From an uncultured virus (IMG/VR IMGVR_UViG_3300042861_002374) (taxonomy: Varidnaviria; Bamfordvirae), in IMG/VR virus record IMGVR_UViG_3300042861_002374: a stretch of DNA of 64,000 bases; one strand, given 5' to 3'. The position numbers were made by a program, and so were the translations under genes. How positions within the stretch are numbered: the first letter of the stretch is position 1; the number at the start of each line of letters is the position of its first letter. Below, one piece after another: positions 52,101 through 61,100 of this stretch. Under the pieces are notes generated by a model. That model was not told the origin of the DNA. It worked only from the letters and a program-made list of their open reading frames with translations, and made no database searches.

Positions 52101-55100
52101 AAAGCATTGATAGTACCTGTACCACAAACTGTTAGATTAGTTGAAGAGTTATTTGTGCTGTAATATATATTAACATTTGATGATGCTACCTGATCAGCTG
52201 GGGAGAATAAAAAGTAAGAAATACAACTTGTAGAAGATGGATAAGGAGTGCAAGTGAAACTTGTTGGAAAAGTATAAGAACGCGAGGTAAGTTTTTGCGA
52301 GCAAAGACGAAGGGGGCCTTTTACAAGAGTCGGGCTAATTGTTCGAGCATAAACATAGTATATTCCAATAGGAATACTACCAATAACTGTAACTACCCCA
52401 TATGTCGGAACTGCATTTCCAAGAACTGTTGGGTTTCCATCATTGTTGGTAAGAGAATAATATATTTCAGCTGTTCCTTGAGTAACTGTATCATATCCTG
52501 ACAGAGTCACAGAAACACTAGATAATGTATTTTCTACAATAGTTACTGGGGTATACGAGGCACCTGATGCATGAGTATACGCTGGAACTGAAAAAGATAC
52601 AATCGGCGTGCTGGCTCCAAGAATAGATCCGACAACTCCTTCAGGTGATGTTATAATTATGTATATGTACATAGTACCTGATGGTATTACTACTCCTAAT
52701 TTAGATTTGCCGTTAACTAGCATACCGGATCCACATTCAGTTAATCCTCCCAAAGTAGATATACCTGGTGAGCTTGCGTAATAGATTTTAATAGGTACAG
52801 AAACTGAGTTTATAACATTAACCTCAATACTCATTTCCGTAATTATTGAATCAAAATATCCTGACTGTGGAGTAAATTTAAAACTAGTTGGAGGTGTGTA
52901 TGTCGCAAACAAGCTTTCAAGTTCTAATTGTACAGCCGCTCTAGAACTACTATCATGATATGTATTATACACTCTAAAAGCTCCTATATAAGATGGACCA
53001 CCTGCTGTACCAGTATAACCACTTCCACATCCAATACGCCAATAGTTTTCTAGCTGATATGCAGGCCCTGTTTGACCGCTTTGCGAACTATTAAATGAAA
53101 CATTGTTCTGATATATTTCCATTCCTGGTGAACCTGTAACTCCTTTTTTACAAAAGCACCAAATTTCAAAACCACTAGTTGTATCTGGATATGGGTAAGT
53201 CGAAGAGCCAGGTTTAAAGAGTTCTGTTGTACCCGCAGTTGTATTCAAAGTGTTACCATAAGTAGTACCACCAACGTTACGTCCAAACTGAGATGAAACT
53301 TTAGTCAGTGGTACTTGATCGTAGTTAAAACCATATCCACCTATGTAACCAGCAACTGAACTTTGTAAGAAAGGACGACACAATAAATACATAGTATATG
53401 TAAGACTGATATCAGCAGCTCCTCCAAATGGCACTTTATCTGATGTGTAAAGACAATACTTTATACCAGCTAAAGAACTTGTAAGAATACCTGGTTTATT
53501 ATTAAATATGTTATTTACAAGACTTACAGCCGGATAAGATTCATAATTTGAATTACCGGTTTGTGCGATTGGTAACATTATTATTGATGACGAGGATGTT
53601 ACTCCTCCAGACCAATTTTGTCTCCATTCTAAAATTTGGTTTCCATTTTCAAGTGAAAATGAGCTTGCGACAGTTGATGTAAAAGACACTACAGGAGTCA
53701 TAGAAGCCAATACATTTTGTTGAATCGATACCAAAAAAGAAGACTGTAAAACACTTGATGATGTTATACATTTTATATAAAAATATAATGAACCAAGCAT
53801 ACTATAAGTTGGTGTGAATAAAAAGGTAAGTATGCTTCCTGTAAAATTCGTAGTTGTAATTGAATTCGGAGAAGAAGAACCAGATGTAGCACTGTGATAA
53901 ATAGTTGCGTTTGGAGTCAAAAATGAATTAACATTGTTTAGTGATATCTTAATATAGCTCTGTATACCAACTTGAAGAGGAGGTGAGCATGCAACGTATG
54001 AAATACTAGTTGGGAATGGATTATAAACTACAAATCCAGAACTATAGATAAGAGGAGAAGCTGTTACACCACCAGAAATAGCACCAACGTAAAAATATAC
54101 TGATCCACTAGTTGATGGAGTAAAATTGAAAGTAAGAGTATTATTAACAAAATTTACAACACCTCCAATTTGAGAAAGAGAAGGACCTGTTTGTCCAGGA
54201 GTTGAATGTTGATAAATATATGCTGAACTAGTTCCATTGGTAACACCTGCAAGAGTTAAAATAACTTGACTTTGAACCCCTTCTATAAACGTAAATTGTG
54301 AAACATTTGTAATACTTGTAGGATAAGGAGTTATAACTGATTGAGCGGAAGTCTCAAAGAAACTGGATTGTTCTATATTACCGAATATTGGTTTTATATA
54401 AAAATAAACTGTGTTAACTAGAGGAGTATAAGGAAACGTAACCATATTTTCATTTATTTGATATTTATTAATGAAAGTTGGAGTTGTCATACCGCTAGTT
54501 GTTCCCTGATATATATTTGCATACTGTGTATTTTCAGTCGTTCCGATAAATGTTATAGTTACATTGTTAGAACCATTTTTGACAAATGGAGTACTGTACG
54601 AAACGGTTTTGATTCCAATTGGATAAGGATTGTTAACGTTTTGTAACAAATTAAAGTTACCAGTATATTTTACAGTAGTATATGCACGTATGTCATTATA
54701 AATATATGCAGGTGAAAACCATAATTCTGTGCCTGTGATTGTGTCAGTCCATGTACTAGTAAGATTCAGAACACCATTTATATATAATTTGTATGTTTTT
54801 ATGCTTGATGTATACGTTAATGCAAAATGAATGAATGAATCTCTTGAAAGTCCACTTGTAATTGTTGTTCCAGATACACTAGTATCTACAGGTGCTGTTA
54901 CTCCCATTCTTCTAATACCTGTTTTCAGAGGTAGACCTAAGAGATATCTACCTCCACTTATAGGAGTCACCTGAGTCCACGCTAAGCCAGCTGATATTGA
55001 GTTTGTTCCAGCAACACCGTCAAATCCATTTGGTCTAGTCGAAAACACATCACCTCCAACACCATATCCGCCAAGTGAAACATCATCAGAAAATTTAAGC

Positions 55101-58100
55101 CAACATTCCACAGTAAAATTATTGGAAAGATTAAGTCCTTTGAACATTAACTGACCACCTGATTTAAGTGATGTTCCTATACCGTAAAACATTGACGAAT
55201 CATTATCAAACATAGTACCTGTGATAGCTCCAATTGTTTTGGTTGGTGTAAAAGAATTTAGAGTATTACTAAGTTCTGCTGATGTATTACCCGGATAACA
55301 AAGAATTATTGAAGAAGCAAACGGATCATTGTTTAATATACCTGTACTAGCAAGCATAGAATCAATCTTATATATACTCTTTAATGTTTGTGTTTCGACT
55401 CCTTGAATTAAACTTACAATAGGGGTTGATTGTTCAATATTATCTGCTGTTAAAGCTCTAACAAAAAAGAAAACATTATCTACAGCAAGTGGTGTAAACG
55501 AAAATACAAGCTTATTTGAAACAAAAGTAACTGGTGGTCCAATTAATAAAGCAGATGAGAAATTATTAGTTTCACTCCAATAGATATTTGCTTTTGGTGA
55601 GTTATTTACATTAGTGATATTTATTGTTACTACACTAACTTCGCCTTGTGCGAGATCAGGTTCGGATGTGACACTTGTAATAGAAGTAGGAAACCCTACA
55701 ACAGTAACTGATTTGAAAACAGCAGTATTATCTGCAGCAGAATCACCTCTTACAAAGAAAAATAATGTTCCGGATTTAAATGCCGTAAAAGGAAACGTAA
55801 GAGTTGTTCCTGTAAAAGATAGTGAAGATGCTACTATAGTAGAATTTGCAAAATTGTTATCTGGTCCTTGATATACATTTGCTTTTAATGTAGAAACTAC
55901 ACCTGCTACTTTTAATGTTACAGATGTTGGAATATCTTCTGTGATTATGATTGGCAAAATATCTGAAATAGATGTGGGTAAAGAAGTATTATCTACTGTA
56001 CATTGTCCTATAGTTCCGGTACTTAAAGTTGATGATTGAAGCTCGTTGTTTATCAGTCCTATACCCTTTACAAAAAAGAAAAGGCTGCTTATAAGACCTG
56101 GTGTAAAAAGAAAAGAAAGATTATTTTCAACAAAATTATAATCTGTTCCAATTTGAGTTGAAGTTCCAAAATTATCACTAGTCGCCCAGTACACTTGAGC
56201 CTTAGTTGTCCCTGGAAGAACATTTGCAAGAGTTAATGTAACATTTGTTAAACCATTTTGTATAAAATTTGTAGTTGGTGAAATAGCTGTAATTGAAGTA
56301 GGAAATGAATTAACAATATCCAACTTTCCAGTTTTTATATAAGATGTCTGTACATTTCCATTATTGGCAACACCTTTTACAAAGAAATATATTTGAGGAC
56401 TTATTATACTAGGTGTAAAAGTGAATACTAAATTATTTCCAGATAAAAGATAGGGTTTTAATCCAATTTGAGCAGGATTTGTATCTGTAGACGATGCTGA
56501 TTGGTATACATATGCTGATTGTATCTCATTATTTTGACCACTCAATGTAAGTGTTATAGTGTTAGAAGATAATATTATTGCTGATGAAGGTGAAGTGATA
56601 GACACACCGGAAGGGAATGTTTGAGTTATCGTAGTATAACTTGATGGAGGAACCAATACATACACACCACATGTATTTGCATGCGCGCCGCCAGATACGA
56701 TTGCACCTACAACATCTGTTGATTTTGCAGGAGAAAATAACGGAAACTGCCCATGTTCAACTCCGCTATTATTAAGAGAAGCCTTAAGAACGTGTGAAAC
56801 AACTTCTCCTTGCGTTTCTCCTTCTGGTATAGTTTGTGTCAATTCAAATACAAATTTTGTTTGAGTTACATCTCCTGTACTTGAAAACTTTCCAAATCTT
56901 ACATGTGAGCACGTAATAGAATCTGTTAAATCAAAACTTATCCATCCTCCAGCTGGAATATTTACATAAGTTTCGTCTACAGAAACACTAATCTCGTCAA
57001 TAGTGTTACTTAATACAGATTCAAGGCCGTCTTTACCTACTGTAGTTCCTGTAGAAGCAAGATATATTATATTGTCAATTCCTTTCATAATATTCGAATA
57101 ACTGAACGATTTTGCATCTTTAAAAATACCTGTGCTATCTGAATATGCTTCAGTATGTGAGCCATAAAATCCTAATCTGCTAAACCGAAAATCAACACTA
57201 CCGGTATTTTTAATCGTCACCCACCGATAAGCCATTACAATACCCCATTTAGTTGAAAGATTCTTAATATGAGTATCTACTTCAGTAGTATATACTGACG
57301 TTTTACGATGCTCTGTTTTTGTTTCAAGAACTATTGTTCTGTTACCACCTTGAAATAAGGATGTGCGTTCGGTAGCGTATGGCCGACCATTATTTGCAGG
57401 TAGTAATCTATCAAAACATTTTCCACTACTTGAATTATATGGAGCTCGCATAACATATTTGGGAAAACCATTTTTTGAAGTATCTGTTATTTGGGAAACA
57501 CCATAAGTTAATGCGCTCGATGGATAAAAGTAACTTGGCCAAGCTCCTGGAGTTGTAATATTAGTAGTACATGTAACATAATTTGAACCTGCCCTAACAA
57601 GTCTTGTAGATGTATTAATTCTTTTTCCGTTAATGTAAATTTTCGCGTATTTCTCCATGTCACTGTCTGTACTAAATGAATTAGCTCCTGCGACAGTAGT
57701 ATCTATTACAACTGTCACAATGTATAATCTTTCTTGAGATGGATGATTATATTCTCCAGAAGATGTTCCGCTTAAAGTACATGTCCTTAACGCTCTGTAA
57801 GATGATGAAATAAAAGTTGGTTTGTTATTACTTGAATCTCTAATAAGAACACATCCAAAATTTTGCATTATAACACCAGTGCAGACTGAATTAGACACAG
57901 ATACAGAAAAAGGTAAACCAGTTTGTGAAGTATTTGAGAGATTTGATATATCTCCAAAAAGAGCCATTGTATCACCGATATTTACAGTCGAATGACCTCG
58001 GTATAATAATGAGCCGTTGCATACAAAAGAACAGATTGTGAATTTTTTCTGCATTTCTAAGGTATCTATAGTTTCACCGAATAAAGGATTAAAAACTGAT

Positions 58101-61100
58101 AAACCAAACATATGGTTAAGTGCATTATTTAATGGAGAAGAAAATCTTCTAGGATTAGTTGATGAATAACCGTCAATTGTTTTTCCGTATTCAAAACTTT
58201 GAGGTGAATCTAAATAGTAATAGCCTGTTAAAGATTTACGTATACGCATTTTATAATCTATAGTAGATCCATTCGCATTTGTAAATATTGATTGAAGACT
58301 TACAGGATCTAAAAATACTAACCCAAAATTTGCAGTTTCTAAGTATCCTGAATATTCAAGTGCTGAAGAAGAATATGATAAATATTGTTTTCCAATAGAA
58401 GAATGCATGTATTGATATCGAGTTTGTTCAATGTTTGTTAAATCATATTGACCATCTTGAGGCATAGTTGACTTTGCTGTTGTGGTAAAAAGAGATGAAA
58501 GAGTTGAAACAGCAGGAGTTGCTCCTACGTTTTTGAATTGTACAAAATCGTTTTCAGTAAATGTTTGACCAGTTCGTGACTTACCCTGACAAAATTTTAC
58601 AGATCTGTCAGCATCCCATGTCATTGCCATAAGATTACCTGATAATGTAGATAAATACGAAGGATCACTTTCTCTAGAAATGTTATACAATGGTAAATTA
58701 TAAGGCATATCTGATTTTTCGTTAGTGTTTGTACGATATTTTTGTTTCCATGGCATAAGTGCTGAATTCTTGGCATATATATTTATGTTTGATCCAACTT
58801 CTGAAAAGTCTGTTAGCGAAGCGTTCACAGCTGCTCCATTATAATGATACCAAAGATCATATCTTTCCCAAGAACCGCTGGTAAAATTAACGTCCATTAC
58901 TAATCGCGCGCCAGAGTTAAATATGACACGACCAAGTTGTAAAAATCCACAATTTTCAATACTACTTGTAAGTGTAACTTCAAGATATCCTCCACTAGGA
59001 ATATTTTGATGCGGAGTTGTTGTAGTTGTTGAGCTTGCCCATGTTCCAGCTGCACTAATAGATCCACTAGAAATAGCATAAGTAGCACTGTTATAAGCAC
59101 TGTTTGTAATTAAATTAACGCTAACATCGCTTGATGACCCAAAAGAAAAATATCCAATAGAAATATCTGCTGATCCTGTGTTTACTAACCTGAACTTTTT
59201 AATTGTTGGCCCAGCAAATGGCACACACCATCTATTTGCATAATCATTTGCAAGATTGAGTAAATCATCTGATTGTAAATTATTAGTCACAACAGCAAAT
59301 TCTGCAAATCTTGCACCACCACAACGATTTGTAGGTACTGTGCATGCATACATAGTAGTGATTCCTGGTGCATAAGCTATAGTATTAATAGAGTCAATAC
59401 TTACTGGCATTAAACTGTTAAATTTGTGAATAGTAATATAATCTTGTAATTGAACACCTCCTGCTATTCCAAGAGGTAGTGTTTGTGTTTTAGATACATC
59501 AAATGATGTAGTAGCAGATGGTTCTTTAATTCCATTATACCATCTTCCTGATTCTCCACTCACATATGTATTAGAAAAAGCAACATTTTTTTGTTGTGTT
59601 GCAGATGTTATTACTTCACCAGATGAATTTACACCCGGTCCAAAAGTAATCGAGGCTGCTGGACCAACAGAACAATTTACATAAGATGTTGAACTAGACA
59701 TTGCTGTTTTTGAAGGCAGATAAGATGACCATATAACAGATGGATAATCTGCTGTATTAAATATATTACATTGAATAAGTATGACAGCATATCCTGATGC
59801 TTTTGCATTCAGAACAACAGAAGTTGTCGCACTGTTATAATCTAGTCGAACCATAGGGATAGTAAGAGGAGTTAAAATTGGAGCCCACTCGCCGTTTATA
59901 TCACGGTTATAAGATTTTAGTGCAGTAAAGCCGGATAATGTTCCTGTTGTACTAAATCCGTTTGGCAAAGCACTAATAAAACTTGATTGAGTAGCTGTAA
60001 CGCTAGTTACATCAGGACTCGCGCTTGTCAAACCAAATGATTTAAAATTAATTGACGATGTACCTGTTGTTACTGTGACTGTTGTTGTCGAACACAACAA
60101 AGATCCACTAGGTGTTTTTGCGTATATGTAAAAAGTTCCTGTAGTTAAGAAAGTGCATAATACCAATGCTATACTTGTGTTTCCTCCTCTAAGAGTACCA
60201 TTACCACATTGAGTTGGGTTCACATTTGTTCTTGTTGTATCATAATATAAAGTTACAGATATATTGTCTAAGCTAGATTGAGCTATAATTGTTATTGGGA
60301 TAGATATAGAAATATTAGTATAAATATTTTGTGGAGTAGAGTTTATAGTAAGTTCCGGCTCTTCAATAGAAAAGTTATCAGATTCTAATCTTGCTACAAT
60401 TACACCTGATCCTTGTCCATCTCTTACAAATACAACAAACTTGAAATTACTTCCGCTAGAAAACGCTGATACACTAAATGTAAGTTCACCAGTTCCAGTA
60501 TTATAATTTGTAACGGAGCAGTTAAAAGGAACATTTCCTGACCAAAATGGACTTACTTCCGATGATGGCACACAATGAATACTGAAATCTTCTTTAATTG
60601 TATTGGATGATGATGTCCACCCTCCTCCTCCTGCCTGAATAATAATTTTACATCCGTTCATAGTAGTTCCTGCTCTAATAGTGCTTGGAATGACTAAATT
60701 ACTAAGTGATGCAGGAGCAACAAATGTACTAGGAGAAACTGTGAACAATTTATTTGTTAAAGCTACATTTCCAGCAGCATTAGAATTACTGGTTGCAAAC
60801 AGTCCATTTCTTCCAAGTGTTTGAGTATTTGATGTAGCAATAATGGGAATCCACGTATTTGGAGCATCACTAGTTGAAGCTTCAACTATTAATGTTCCTC
60901 CCTTTTTATTTGCGTCACAGTACATATTTGTTGGGAATCTAAGAATACCAATTTCTCCTGTTACATCTAAAGAAAGCTGAAAAAACGCTGTTTCATTTTT
61001 AAACGTTACTTTTATTGCTTCAGTCTGTAAATATAAACTAGTTTGAGCTGATGTATTAGCCCATGTTTCAGTCCACAATGGTTTACTAGCAAGAAATCTA